Source: Candidatus Nitrospinota bacterium M3_3B_026
Lineage (GTDB): Bacteria; Nitrospinota_A; UBA7883; JBPRGF01
Direction: 5' to 3'
Assembly (NCBI GenBank): GCA_051418015.1
Contig: JBPRGF010000023.1
Location: forward strand, 247,695-311,694
Length of the DNA stretch: 64,000 nucleotides
Both the position numbers and the translations under genes were made by a program. The notes beneath the pieces are model-generated. The model was given only the letters and a program-made list of their open reading frames with translations, was not told the DNA's origin and did no database searches. Each line of letters starts with the position of its first letter. Position 1 is the first letter of the stretch. This document shows, piece by piece, positions 47,727-57,343 of this stretch.

Positions 47727-49518
47727 TCTCCACCAGGTCCGAGCTCACTCCCTCCACGAAGAATTTCTGGATATGCTCCACCATGTAGTTTTTCATCCTC
47801 TCCGTGGAGTCGAGTCTCAACGCCTCCTCGGCGATGCGCCTTGCGTCCTCTATATTTATGGACCTTATGAACTTCTTGATCCTGGGTATGGAGTGGACGT
47901 CCATTGAAAGCTCGCGCACGCCGCCCATGCCGATCAGCAACATGGCGTAGGTGGGGTCGCCCGCCATCTTTCCGCAGACGGAGACGGGTATGCCGGCCTC
48001 CTCCGCGGCCTTCACGACGCTGTTCAGCATCCTTATGATGGCAGGCGAAAGCGGCTGGTAGAGGTAGGCCACCCGCTCGTTGACCCTGTCGATGGCCATT
48101 GTGTACTGGATGAGGTCGTTCGTCCCGATGGAGAAAAACGAGCTGAGCTTCGCCAGTTCCCCGGCGATCATCACCGCCGAAGGGGTCTCCACCATTATCC
48201 CCACCGGGATGTTCTCGTTGAAGGCTTTTCCCTCCGCCTTCAACTCGTCCTTGGCCTCCTGGAGAATATCGTTGGCCGCGATCACCTCGTCCGGGGAGGT
48301 TATCAGGGGGTACATTATCTTCAGGTTCCCATAGGCCGAGGCGCGCAGTATGGCGCGAAGCTGCGTCTTGAATATCTCCGGGTTGGCCAGGCAGAAGCGG
48401 ATCGCCCTCAGGCCCAGGGCCGGGTTGGGCTCGTTCTCCAGGTAGTCGTCGCCCACGGCCAGCTTGTCGCCGCCGATGTCGAGGGTGCGGATGACCGCCG
48501 GGTTCGGCGCGAGGGTTTCGGCCACTTTCCTGTAGTCGTCGAACTGCTCCTGCTCATCCGGCCACCGGAGCTTGTTTATATAAAGGTACTCCGTCCTGTA
48601 AAGCCCCACCCCGGAGGCGCCGTGCTCGAGGACATGGGTCAGGTCGTGGGAGGACTCGATGTTGGCCAGCAGTTTTATGGTGACGCCGTCGAGGGTCCTG
48701 GCCTCCAGGTCTTTTTGAGCGTGCAGTTCCTTGTCGAAGTAGAGGTATCGCTGGCGCCGCTGGTTGTATTTCTGGAATTGTTCCGGCGTGGGCATGTGCG
48801 CCACCTCGCCGGTGTTCCCGTCGATGATGAGCGAATCCCCGGAGCGGACGTGGAGGCTGAGGGTCTTGAGCCCGACGACGGCCGGGATGTCCATGGAGGA
48901 GGCGATTATCCCGGCGTGGGAGGTCTTGCCGCCGACATCGATGGCGAAACCCATGACCTTGGAAGGGTCCATCTGGATGGTGTCCGCGGGGCTGAGGTCG
49001 TGCGACACTATTATGACCGGCTCGGTAAGGTTTTCGAGGGAGACATCCTCGTCCTGGACCAGGTGGCGCTGGAGCCTTGTCACCACCTGCTCTATGTCGT
49101 TGAGCCGCTCGCGGAAATACTTGTCCTTTATCTTCGAAAAGCGCGTCTGGTACTTCTCCTGCAGCAGCTTCAGGGCCCATTCGGCGTTTCGCCTCTTTTC
49201 CCTTATGATGTTCTCCACCTCCCGGCGCATGGAGGGATCTTTCAGTATCTGGACGTAGGCGTCGAAGATCATGAAGGGGATGTCGTCGCCGAACTCCGCC
49301 GCGGCCCGCTCGGAAAGCTCGCGCAGGTCGTTTTCAGCCTTTTCCGCCGCCGCCCGGAACCTTTCTATCTCCTCGTCGACTTCGCCGTCCGGGATGGGAT
49401 GCTCCAGGACGCAGATCATGTGCCGGTCCAGCACGTACGCCTTTCCGATGACGATTCCCGACGAGGCGGGGATGCCGTGGAATACGTTCCCTTCCCTTGC
49501 TCCTGCCTTGGCGATCAT
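47716..49518 (-). CDS. ptsI: PTS enzyme I (PEP-protein phosphotransferase)
   Basis: GGKTSHAGI (phospho-His), GLYRTE, RTLDIGGDK, E.NPALGLRAIR, SIGTNDL.QY, VCG. Confidence 0.95.
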   Translation of the reverse strand: MIAKAGAREGNVFHGIPASSGIVIGKAYVLDRHMICVLEHPIPDGEVDEEIERFRAAAEKAENDLRELSERAAAEFGDDIPFMIFDAYVQILKDPSMRREVENIIREKRRNAEWALKLLQEKYQTRFSKIKDKYFRERLNDIEQVVTRLQRHLVQDEDVSLENLTEPVIIVSHDLSPADTIQMDPSKVMGFAIDVGGKTSHAGIIASSMDIPAVVGLKTLSLHVRSGDSLIIDGNTGEVAHMPTPEQFQKYNQRRQRYLYFDKELHAQKDLEARTLDGVTIKLLANIESSHDLTHVLEHGASGVGLYRTEYLYINKLRWPDEQEQFDDYRKVAETLAPNPAVIRTLDIGGDKLAVGDDYLENEPNPALGLRAIRFCLANPEIFKTQLRAILRASAYGNLKIMYPLITSPDEVIAANDILQEAKDELKAEGKAFNENIPVGIMVETPSAVMIAGELAKLSSFFSIGTNDLIQYTMAIDRVNERVAYLYQPLSPAIIRMLNSVVKAAEEAGIPVSVCGKMAGDPTYAMLLIGMGGVRELSMDVHSIPRIKKFIRSINIEDARRIAEEALRLDSTERMKNYMVEHIQKFFVEGVSSDLVENDG

Positions 49519-49577
49519 TTCCTAACGACCGAGCGCGGGCGGGGCTCCGGAGCGCAAGCGGCCTCTAGTTTCCACGC

Positions 49578-50030
49578 TCATCCTTTCGATTGCTCTTTGG
49601 CGATTTTCTTCCTGCCGGACAGGACCTCCGACACCATGAATATGTTGTCCTTGCCGTATTTCTGCAGACGCAGGGCCTTCTCCTTCAGGGGCAGCTCCTC
49701 GTCCATGGCGCCGGCCTGTATCAGTATCGGCATGTTCACCCCGGCGACTATTTCCACGTCCATCTCGTCCAGCAGGGACATGACGATGTTGGACGGCGCG
49801 CCGCCGAAAAGGTCCGTCAGAACTATCACGCCGCGCTCTCCCATGACCTCGCCGATGGCGTCTTTCACGATCTCACGGGCCTTGTCCACGTCCACGGCGT
49901 GGTCGATGGCCACGGCGCGGAAGTTGGGCTTGTTTCCCGTGATGAACTCCAGCGCCCCCAGCATCTCCCGGGCCAGGGCGCCGTGGGCGATTATCACGTA
50001 TCCCGTCTTCGCGGTGTCCGCCTCGCTCAT
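49578..50030 (-). CDS. PTS EIIA, mannose/fructose (ManX) type
   Basis: IIAHG.LA, LTDLFGGAPSN, GVNMP. Confidence 0.9.
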   Translation of the reverse strand: MSEADTAKTGYVIIAHGALAREMLGALEFITGNKPNFRAVAIDHAVDVDKAREIVKDAIGEVMGERGVIVLTDLFGGAPSNIVMSLLDEMDVEIVAGVNMPILIQAGAMDEELPLKEKALRLQKYGKDNIFMVSEVLSGRKKIAKEQSKG

Positions 50031-50031
50031 G

Positions 50032-50496
50032 CTATTTCTGGTTTTCGTTCTGTTTTTCTATGAGTTTGTAGATATCCTCGGCGCTTTTCGAATTCTCCAG
50101 CTTTTTGCGGAACTCCTTGCTCTTCAGGAGCCTTGATATCCGCGCCAGCGCTTTCAGGTGCGCCCCGGTGGAGTTTTCCGACGCCAGAAGCAAAAAGACG
50201 AGCCGGACCGGCTTGTCGTCCACGGCTTGATATTCTATTCCCTTTTTCGACACCCCGAAAGCGCCCACGATCGAGTCCACCCCAGAGGCCTTGGCGTGGG
50301 GGATGGCCACGCTGTCTCCTATGCCGGTGGAGCCGAGCTTCTCCCTGTTCATTACCGCCTCGTATACGGCGTCCCCGTCCCCCACCTCGCCGTTCCTGGC
50401 CAGCAGGTCGCAAAGCTCTCTCAGCGCCCCCTCCCTGTCTGTCGAGGACAGGGAAGGGATGAGGTTTTCCTTTTTCAGAAAGTCCAGGATTTCCAT
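50032..50496 (-). CDS. ptsN: PTS EIIA-Ntr
   Basis: RE.LGSTGIG..VAIPH, D.KPV.L.FLL, HLK.LA.ISR; follows rpoN-hpf. Confidence 0.9.
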   Translation of the reverse strand: MEILDFLKKENLIPSLSSTDREGALRELCDLLARNGEVGDGDAVYEAVMNREKLGSTGIGDSVAIPHAKASGVDSIVGAFGVSKKGIEYQAVDDKPVRLVFLLLASENSTGAHLKALARISRLLKSKEFRKKLENSKSAEDIYKLIEKQNENQK

Positions 50497-50541
50497 GTCA
50501 ATACGCGGCGAGGGCGGCGGGCCGGGAAGCGCGCCGGCCGC

Positions 50542-50880
50542 TCAGCTGCCCCCCTGGCGGGCCGGGGCGCCGGAGACGGTGGGCGCTCCCTTCTTCTTGG
50601 CCTGCATCTTGCCCTTGAACTTCTTGGCCTGCCTGTCGATCTTGTCCATGACAGCGTCGACCGCCGCGTACATGTCGTCCTTTTTCTCCGTGCCGTGAAG
50701 GTCCGTCCCGTTGGCGTGGATGGTGACCTCCGCTATCTGGTCCAGCTTCTCCACCTTGAGTATCACGTGAGCGCTTATGGTGGTGTTCAGGTATTTTCTC
50801 ACCTTCGCCACCTTCTCTTCCGTGTAATCGCGGAGAGCTGGTGTGACATCTATGTTATCCCCCGTGATGGTGATCTGCAT
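50542..50880 (-). CDS. hpf: Ribosome hibernation factor (short HPF/RaiA)
   Basis: ITG.NIDVT.ALRDY..EK, DMYAAVD...DK..RQ. Confidence 0.92.
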   Translation of the reverse strand: MQITITGDNIDVTPALRDYTEEKVAKVRKYLNTTISAHVILKVEKLDQIAEVTIHANGTDLHGTEKKDDMYAAVDAVMDKIDRQAKKFKGKMQAKKKGAPTVSGAPARQGGS

Positions 50881-50904
50881 GGTAATCTCCCGTAATCTGA
50901 GAAT

Positions 50905-52374
50905 TTACAAAAACAACCTCTTCCGTTTGGACGTGGAGGGGATCTGGAGCTCCTTGCGATACTTGGTGACGGTCCTCCTCGCTATCTTGACGTTCTTGGA
51001 CCTCAGGATGGCGACGATCTGGTCGTCGGTGTAGGGCTTGGCGGGGTCCTCCTCCTTGCATATCTTCTTTATCATCTCCTTGACCCGCACGGACGACATC
51101 CCGTCCCCAAGATAAGACCCGACGGAGGAGTGGAAAAAAAACTTCAACTCGAAAAGACCCTGAGGGGTGTGGATGTACTTATTGGTGGTGACACGGCTTA
51201 TGGTGGACTCGTGCATCCCGATGTCTTCGGCCACATCCTTCAGTATCAAGGGCTTCAGGTAGTTCATCCCCTTGTCCAGAAACTCCCTCTGGAACTTGCA
51301 AAGCGACCTGCCGACCTTGAGCATCGTCTGCCGCCGCTGCTCGATGCTCTTTATCATCCACAGGGCGGACCGGAACTTGTTCTCCAGGTATTCGCGCGTG
51401 GGTTTCTGGGTCTCTTTCTTGTTTTTCAATATCGACTGGTAATAGGGGTTTATCCGCAGTTTCGGTATCCCCTCGTCGTTCAGGTAGACCTGATATTCGT
51501 CGTCCACCTTCACGACGAACAAGTCCGGCGTTATGTAGTGCGTCTCCTCGGGGTTGAACTCGAGGCCGGGCTTGGGATCAAGCTCCCGGATCACCCGTAC
51601 CGCGTCCACCACCTCGTCCACGCTGACGCCAAGGGAACGGGCAAGTTTTGCGAAGTTTTTCTCCTCCAGGCTGGACAGATGGTCTTTTATCAGTGTCTCG
51701 GCCAGGCATCCCTTCATCCCGGCGTTGCCGAGCTGGAGCAGGAGGCACTCTTTCAAGTCCCTGGCCGCGACGCCGGGCGGGTCGAAGCTCTGGACGAGCG
51801 CCAGGGCGTCGTCGATATCGTCAACCGGCGCCCCCGTCTCCACGGCCAGCGCCTCGAGGCTGGTGTCCAGGTAGCCTTCGTTGTTTATGTCCCCTATGAT
51901 GATGGAGCCGAGCCTGCGCTCCTCTTCCGTCAGGGCGGAGCAATTAAGCTGCCACAGCAGGTGCTCTTCCAGCCCCTCCTTGTGCCTCAGGGTGTTCTCC
52001 AGGCTGGGGCGCTCTATGTAGCCTTCGCCGGTGCCACCCTCGTAAAGGTCGGACTGCAGGTAGGCGTCCCAGTCGATCTCCTCCTGGCCCTGGCCGTCCT
52101 CCTTGTTTTCAAGGGCGGACTGCTCCTCGTACACGGTATCCCCGGAGTTTTCAAGAGGTTCTTCGGGGTCCGTCTCGCCGATGGCCTCTTCCTCCGTCTG
52201 CTCCAGGTCGTTTTCCATGATCTCTTCGAGGAGGGGGTTCACTTCCATCTCCTGCCTTATGGCCTGGACCAGCTCCAGCCTGGCCATCGGCAAAAGCTTT
52301 ATGGCCTGCTGCAACATCGGCGTCATGACCAGGCGCTGGGCCATGCGCATCTGGAGCTTCATCTCCATTGCCAT
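50905..52374 (-). CDS. rpoN: RNA polymerase sigma-54 factor
   Basis: MTP.LQQAIKLL, NPLLE, HESTISR, RpoN box ARRTVTKYR. Confidence 0.97.
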   Translation of the reverse strand: MAMEMKLQMRMAQRLVMTPMLQQAIKLLPMARLELVQAIRQEMEVNPLLEEIMENDLEQTEEEAIGETDPEEPLENSGDTVYEEQSALENKEDGQGQEEIDWDAYLQSDLYEGGTGEGYIERPSLENTLRHKEGLEEHLLWQLNCSALTEEERRLGSIIIGDINNEGYLDTSLEALAVETGAPVDDIDDALALVQSFDPPGVAARDLKECLLLQLGNAGMKGCLAETLIKDHLSSLEEKNFAKLARSLGVSVDEVVDAVRVIRELDPKPGLEFNPEETHYITPDLFVVKVDDEYQVYLNDEGIPKLRINPYYQSILKNKKETQKPTREYLENKFRSALWMIKSIEQRRQTMLKVGRSLCKFQREFLDKGMNYLKPLILKDVAEDIGMHESTISRVTTNKYIHTPQGLFELKFFFHSSVGSYLGDGMSSVRVKEMIKKICKEEDPAKPYTDDQIVAILRSKNVKIARRTVTKYRKELQIPSTSKRKRLFL

Positions 52375-52421
52375 GTTTTAAAATTCCCCCCCTTTTGGGA
52401 AAACGGTATCGTTCATGCTTA

Positions 52422-53150
52422 TCATTTTAACGAAAAATCGCGCCCCAGATAGATATTTCTGGCCCGCTCGCTAGCCGCGATCTGTTCCGGCGCGCCCTCC
52501 TCGATGATCCGGCCTTCGCTGAGTATGTAAGCCCTGTCTGTAATCCCGAGGGTGTCGCGGACGTTGTGGTCGGTTATGAGAATCCCGATCCCCTTCTCCC
52601 TGAGCCGGAGCACCAGGCTCTGGATGTCCGCCACGGCTATGGGGTCTATACCCGCGAAAGGCTCGTCGAGCAGCATAAAGGAAGGACTGGGCAGAAGCGC
52701 CCGGGCGATCTCCAGCCTCCGGCGCTCTCCGCCGGAGAGCGAAAGGGCGATGGCCCCCGCCAGGCTCAGAATGCCGAACTCGTCCAGCAACTCCCTCGCT
52801 TTTTGTTCTCTTTCGTAACGGGTGTAGGGGAGGGTCTCCAGTATCGCCATCATGTTTTCCCACACCGTAAGTTTCCTGAAAACAGAGGGCTCCTGGGGCA
52901 GATAGCCGAGCCCGAGGCGTGCGCGCCTGTACATGGGAAGGTAGCTCAACTCCTTGTCGTCGAGGCGGACGGAGCCTGAGTCCGGCCTGGTGAGCCCTAC
53001 CACCATGTAGAAGGTAGTCGTCTTGCCTGCTCCGTTGGGGCCGAGGAGCCCCACGATGTCGCGGTTTGTCATGGAAAATGACAAACCATCCACCACCCGC
53101 CTGTCCTTGTAGGTCTTGGTCAGGTTCTCTGCCTTTAACGTCTTTATCAT
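52422..53150 (-). CDS. lptB: LPS export ABC ATPase
   Basis: GLLGPNGAGKTTTFY, YLPQE.S.FRKL, LSGGERRR.EIAR, DEPFAG.DP, ITDHNV. Confidence 0.96.
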   Translation of the reverse strand: MIKTLKAENLTKTYKDRRVVDGLSFSMTNRDIVGLLGPNGAGKTTTFYMVVGLTRPDSGSVRLDDKELSYLPMYRRARLGLGYLPQEPSVFRKLTVWENMMAILETLPYTRYEREQKARELLDEFGILSLAGAIALSLSGGERRRLEIARALLPSPSFMLLDEPFAGIDPIAVADIQSLVLRLREKGIGILITDHNVRDTLGITDRAYILSEGRIIEEGAPEQIAASERARNIYLGRDFSLK

Positions 53151-53183
53151 ATCGCGGCGTGAAAGTGGCCGAAGCGGCGGCGC

Positions 53184-53792
53184 TCAGGGCGCGGCGGCAG
53201 GGGCGGCCCCGGCATCCCCCGTCTTCTCCTCCTTGTCTCCTGTCTTTTCATCTTTTCCCTTCTCCCCATTTTGCCCCTGCTCCTTTTCCTCCTCCTTCGG
53301 ATAGAGGATGAGGGTGGAGCGGGTCTCCCCGCCGCTGAATATCTCCATGTCCTCGCTGTCGAGGTAGTATATTACCTTACGGCCCGTGGCGGTGTTTTTA
53401 CCGTCGTCCAGGGTGGCCGGAGCGCCAAGCAATGTTATCTTTTTCCGGCCGCGCAGATAGTTGGCCTTGTCGCCGGTGGCCACCTTACCCTCGCGGGTTA
53501 TTTTCACCGAGCCTATGGCTTCTATCTCCCGCACCTGCTCCTGCTTCTCGTCGGTCCACACGTACATCTCGTCCGATTCCACCTTCAGCGCGCCCTTGAC
53601 GGCCACCACGGAGCCATAGAAGGATATCTTGTTGGCCTTGTTGTCGGAGACCATCCTGTCCGACACCACCTCCAGCGGCTCTTCTTTATCCTCGGCGCTC
53701 TCTGCCTCCACGAGGCTTTCCTGGGCGAAGATGGGCGGCGTGGCGAGGAGAAGGGCGGCCATGGCCGCAGCCGCGGCCAGCGGCCTAATCAT
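53184..53792 (-). CDS. lptA: LPS transport periplasmic protein
   Basis: Signal peptide, OstA-like beta-jellyroll (F.G.V, A.GSV.I, G.KA.Y, G..I.Y); between lptC and lptB. Confidence 0.85.
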   Translation of the reverse strand: MIRPLAAAAAMAALLLATPPIFAQESLVEAESAEDKEEPLEVVSDRMVSDNKANKISFYGSVVAVKGALKVESDEMYVWTDEKQEQVREIEAIGSVKITREGKVATGDKANYLRGRKKITLLGAPATLDDGKNTATGRKVIYYLDSEDMEIFSGGETRSTLILYPKEEEKEQGQNGEKGKDEKTGDKEEKTGDAGAAPAAAP

Positions 53793-54336
53793 CGGATACC
53801 ATGAATATGGCGCGGACATCGGATAATATCTCCACTTGTTCGGTATCGGCGTCGGCTTTCAGCCCCCTGCCGGTGATGAGAAAACCCTCGCCGAATATTT
53901 TTACCTTGTCATCCGTCTCGATCATGCGCAGGGAATTTTTCCACGTGAGCGAGTCTGTCAGGAGAGCCCGCCCGTTCTCGTCGCGCGCCACGACGGCGCC
54001 CTTCGCCGTGACGTCGCGGGTGGCGTTTATCATCGTCCCCCTCTCCGCCGTGAGCGTCAGGACGCCCATGTCCGACGCGCGGGAGACAAGGGTGAATTCT
54101 TCCAGATCGGTCCTCGTCTCGTCAAGCGACATGATGCTTCTCGAGGCGGCCAGCTCCACCACCTGGCCGTCCTTTCTCTTCTCATAAAGCCTGACCCCGC
54201 GCAAGGCCAGCGCCTCCCCGTCCATCACGGCGGCGGGAGCGCCCCATTTCATCATGGGCGAGCCGGGCCTCAGCAATATCCAGACCGTTACGCCGCCAAC
54301 CGCGAGTATCAGCAGGGCCAGCGCGGCCCGCGTCAC
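53785..54336 (-). CDS. lptC: LPS export periplasmic protein LptC
   Basis: N-terminal TM, L.TDSL.W, I.TD..V.I, I.G.GL; GTG start overlaps the tsaE stop. Confidence 0.82.
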   Translation of the reverse strand: MTRAALALLILAVGGVTVWILLRPGSPMMKWGAPAAVMDGEALALRGVRLYEKRKDGQVVELAASRSIMSLDETRTDLEEFTLVSRASDMGVLTLTAERGTMINATRDVTAKGAVVARDENGRALLTDSLTWKNSLRMIETDDKVKIFGEGFLITGRGLKADADTEQVEILSDVRAIFMVSDD

Positions 54337-54818
54337 AGGCGGACCTCCGGCCCAATCCCCGCCAGCACCCTCTCCGGGCCGCGGATGGAAAGCTTTCGCT
54401 CCGTCCCGCGGATGTCCGTTATCCTTATCATGACCACCGCCTTTTCCCTGTCTTCCCTGGGCAGCCTGTCCGCCCACTCTATGATTGTCACACCTGCCGT
54501 CTGTTCGTCAAACAGGCCTATCGTCTCGAGGTCTTCCGGCCCCTCCACCCGGTAAAGGTCGGCGTGTCTTGCGCCGATCCTGCCCTGGTACTCACTCACG
54601 AGGGTAAAGGTGGGGGAGCGGACGGGTGTCTTTTCGCCGACCCCGAGGCCCCTCAGCATCCCCCGGGCCAGGACGGTCTTGCCCGCGCCAAGGCCGCCCT
54701 CCAGCGCCACCACGTCCCCGCCGCCGAGGGCCTCGCCTATCCTCTCGCCGAGGCTCTCCGTCTCACCGGGGCTCCTTGTCGTGGCGATGATCGTCTTCAG
54801 GCGGGAATCCTCCCCCAT
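54333..54818 (-). CDS. tsaE: tRNA t6A biosynthesis ATPase
   Basis: L.GGLGAGKT, SPTFTLV.EY, H.DLYR, IEWA. Confidence 0.94.
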   Translation of the reverse strand: MGEDSRLKTIIATTRSPGETESLGERIGEALGGGDVVALEGGLGAGKTVLARGMLRGLGVGEKTPVRSPTFTLVSEYQGRIGARHADLYRVEGPEDLETIGLFDEQTAGVTIIEWADRLPREDREKAVVMIRITDIRGTERKLSIRGPERVLAGIGPEVRL

Positions 54819-54822
54819 AGTG

Positions 54823-56007
54823 TCAGCGAAGCCGGACATTGAACGCCGCTCCGCGGCCGGGCTCGCTTTCCACGAGGATATCCCCCCCGCAGGCCTCCAG
54901 GGCCATCCTGCAAAAAGTGAGGCCAAGGCCGGTGGAACTCCTGGAGCGTTCGCCCCCGCCCTGGCCGAACTTGTCGAAGATTCTCTCAAGGTCGCCGGAA
55001 GAGATGCCCGGCCCGCTGTCGGAGACGCATATCGCCGCCCCGTCCCCCTCGCGCCGGACGCTGACCTTTATGGAGTCTCCGGAGATGGTGTGGTTGTTGG
55101 CGTTGGACAGGAGGTTCCAAAGAACCCTGCTCAACACACTCCTGTCCGCCTCGATGAACAGGCTCTCGCCGGCGGCCTCGAACGAGACCGTTTTGCCCTC
55201 CCGCTCGGCCATCGCCTTTATCTTTTCCGTCCTCTCCCTCGCGAGCTGTACGACATCCAGCCTCTCCGGATTCGCGTGGAACTTGCCGTCTTCCAACCTG
55301 GCGACGTCCAGGATGTTCATTATCATTTCCATCAGATCCTCTGCGGAGCTTTCCGCCGAGGAAAGCGCCTCGCGGGCCAGGCCGTCCCCGACGCTTTCGT
55401 CAAGCAGATCCAGGTTGGATATTATCTCCCCGGCGGGGCCCTTGAGGTCGTGCACTATCATCTCGATCATATCCTCCCGGAGCCGCCCCTGTTCCTTGAG
55501 CATGTCGTGGGCGGCCCTCAGCATATCGTGCTCCTTTTTCATCCTGTCGGCGAGGATTATGTTGGACATGACGCTCGCGAAGGCAGACAGGACTGCCTCG
55601 TCCTCCTCTGCGAAATCCCCGTCCGCCCTCCCCGCGGCGTTCAGGACCCCCGCGGCCTTTCCCTGGACGATTATGGGAATGCAGAGAAAGCCGCCGGCCC
55701 TGCGCCGCTCTACGTGGCCGTCTTCAATGAACGTCTCGGCGATGCGGCGCAAGCCTTCCGGGAGGGCGCTTTCGCCCTGAGGCCCGGCCGGGGCGCTGAG
55801 GGTGAGCGCCCCCTTCTCATCCGCCAGCATGACGGAGCCGCGCCGCGCGCCCGCCTGCGGCAAGGCGAGGCCAAGGAGGCGTTCGAGCTTCTCGCCAAGG
55901 CTGTATTTTTCTGACGCGGCGGTCTCTATGGCCTCCGTGAGAGCGTCCAGAAACTTCGGTCTTTCGCCTGCGCGGAGTGGGCCTGGCTCTGTCATCGGGT
56001 TATCCAT
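54823..56007 (-). CDS. Cytoplasmic sensor histidine kinase with GAF-like domain
   Basis: LCIPI...GVLN...F..ED (GAF), VHDLKGP, NLLSNA, DSGPGI, GLGL.FC. Confidence 0.9.
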   Translation of the reverse strand: MDNPMTEPGPLRAGERPKFLDALTEAIETAASEKYSLGEKLERLLGLALPQAGARRGSVMLADEKGALTLSAPAGPQGESALPEGLRRIAETFIEDGHVERRRAGGFLCIPIIVQGKAAGVLNAAGRADGDFAEEDEAVLSAFASVMSNIILADRMKKEHDMLRAAHDMLKEQGRLREDMIEMIVHDLKGPAGEIISNLDLLDESVGDGLAREALSSAESSAEDLMEMIMNILDVARLEDGKFHANPERLDVVQLARERTEKIKAMAEREGKTVSFEAAGESLFIEADRSVLSRVLWNLLSNANNHTISGDSIKVSVRREGDGAAICVSDSGPGISSGDLERIFDKFGQGGGERSRSSTGLGLTFCRMALEACGGDILVESEPGRGAAFNVRLR

Positions 56008-56132
56008 AGGTTTTTGTTTTTACTGTTATTATAATACGTTTCGCCAAGGCGGGCAACGCCGCCGGAGCGCCGCGGGAAACCGGCCGCGGCGGAGTGATCC
56101 AGCGCCGCCGGGGGAGAGCGCGGTTTATTCCC

Positions 56133-56615
56133 TTATGGGCCGGTCATGTAGCGGATGGCGAAAAACAGCAATAAGAGCCCCAGCGCCAGCGTGACGATAT
56201 TGAGGGCCATGGATATCCCGTGCAGCCTGCCGAACTTTTTCCTGAGCGCCTCGGCTTTTCCCTCATCGGCCTGCTTGCGCATCTCCGCCTTCACCGCCCT
56301 GGCCTGGGGGGCGTTCACGCAGCTTGAGTAAACGGTGACGGCGCCCATCAGGACAAGCAGGACGAGGCCCGCCTTCAGCGGCGAGGAAAAGCCCGACTTG
56401 AACCCCATGTAGACAAGCGTCAGGAAAGCCGCGGCGGCGCAGACCTGCCATAACACGAAATATTTCGGGAAAATCTCCCCCACCACGTCGCCCGCCGTCC
56501 GCCTGTCAAGAGTCTTGAAGATGGCGGGCGCCCCGATGAAGGAGAAAAAGATTATGGCGCCGATCCAGACCACGAGGGAAAGAAGATGTATGTATTTCGC
56601 CAGGCTCAGCATCAT
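56133..56615 (-). CDS. DUF4149/TMEM205-family membrane protein
   Basis: W.G...FFSF..AP..F..L, G.V...IFP.YF, F..LH..S. Confidence 0.85.
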   Translation of the reverse strand: MMLSLAKYIHLLSLVVWIGAIIFFSFIGAPAIFKTLDRRTAGDVVGEIFPKYFVLWQVCAAAAFLTLVYMGFKSGFSSPLKAGLVLLVLMGAVTVYSSCVNAPQARAVKAEMRKQADEGKAEALRKKFGRLHGISMALNIVTLALGLLLLFFAIRYMTGP

Positions 56616-56619
56616 TTCG

Positions 56620-57342
56620 TCACCTTTCGTAAGCTGTCACAAGGGTGGGGAGCTTTTCATTTTTTTCGAGTTTTTCCGCGGCCCTTTTCGCGGCGGAGGC
56701 GTTCTTGAACACGCCCACCCGCACCCTGCTCCACGTCCTGCCTTTGACCTTCGCGGTCTGCGTGTATGCGTTGTAGCCCCTGCCTTCAAGACGCTTTCTT
56801 AGTCTTTCGGCGTCGGCGGCCGAGGCAAAGGAGCCGACCTGTATCGTGAACCCTCCGCCATCGCGCTTTGGGGAGGCTTTCGGCGCGGAGGGGGCCGGGG
56901 CCTTTCTCTGCGGCGTGGATTGGGGTTTTTCTTTCACGGCTTTCACGGTTTTTTCCGCTTTTTGCGGCGTCTGCTTCTTTTGCCCGGCGGCGGGAGGCTT
57001 TGCTCCCTTGAAGGGATCGGCGCTGGGGACGGACTCCTTCTTCAGCGTTTCGTTGAAGGTGAACTCCCCCGGCGCGGGCAGCGCGCGGCCCTCGCCAGAG
57101 CCCCTGACGATCGTGTCGGCGTCGAGGCGCTTGGGGGTAAAGCCGGCGTAAGGCTCCGTCTTCGCGGCGTCTGTGCCCTCTTTCGTGGTCTCCACGGCCC
57201 CGTCGTAAACCTTGGAGGCTATGAACCCGAGCGTGAACGAGAAAAGGGCCGCGGCGGCGATCCCTCCCGCGATTACGATGACCCTGTTCCCGGAAGAGAA
57301 CGCCCGGCGGGGCCTGCTCCCTTTTCCGCCGCCTGCCGTCAT
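56620..57342 (-). CDS. SPOR-domain cell-division protein (FtsN/DedD-like)
   Basis: TM segment, low-complexity linker, IQVGSF, W.RVRVG.F; follows argS. Confidence 0.88.
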   Translation of the reverse strand: MTAGGGKGSRPRRAFSSGNRVIVIAGGIAAAALFSFTLGFIASKVYDGAVETTKEGTDAAKTEPYAGFTPKRLDADTIVRGSGEGRALPAPGEFTFNETLKKESVPSADPFKGAKPPAAGQKKQTPQKAEKTVKAVKEKPQSTPQRKAPAPSAPKASPKRDGGGFTIQVGSFASAADAERLRKRLEGRGYNAYTQTAKVKGRTWSRVRVGVFKNASAAKRAAEKLEKNEKLPTLVTAYER

Positions 57343-57343
57343 T

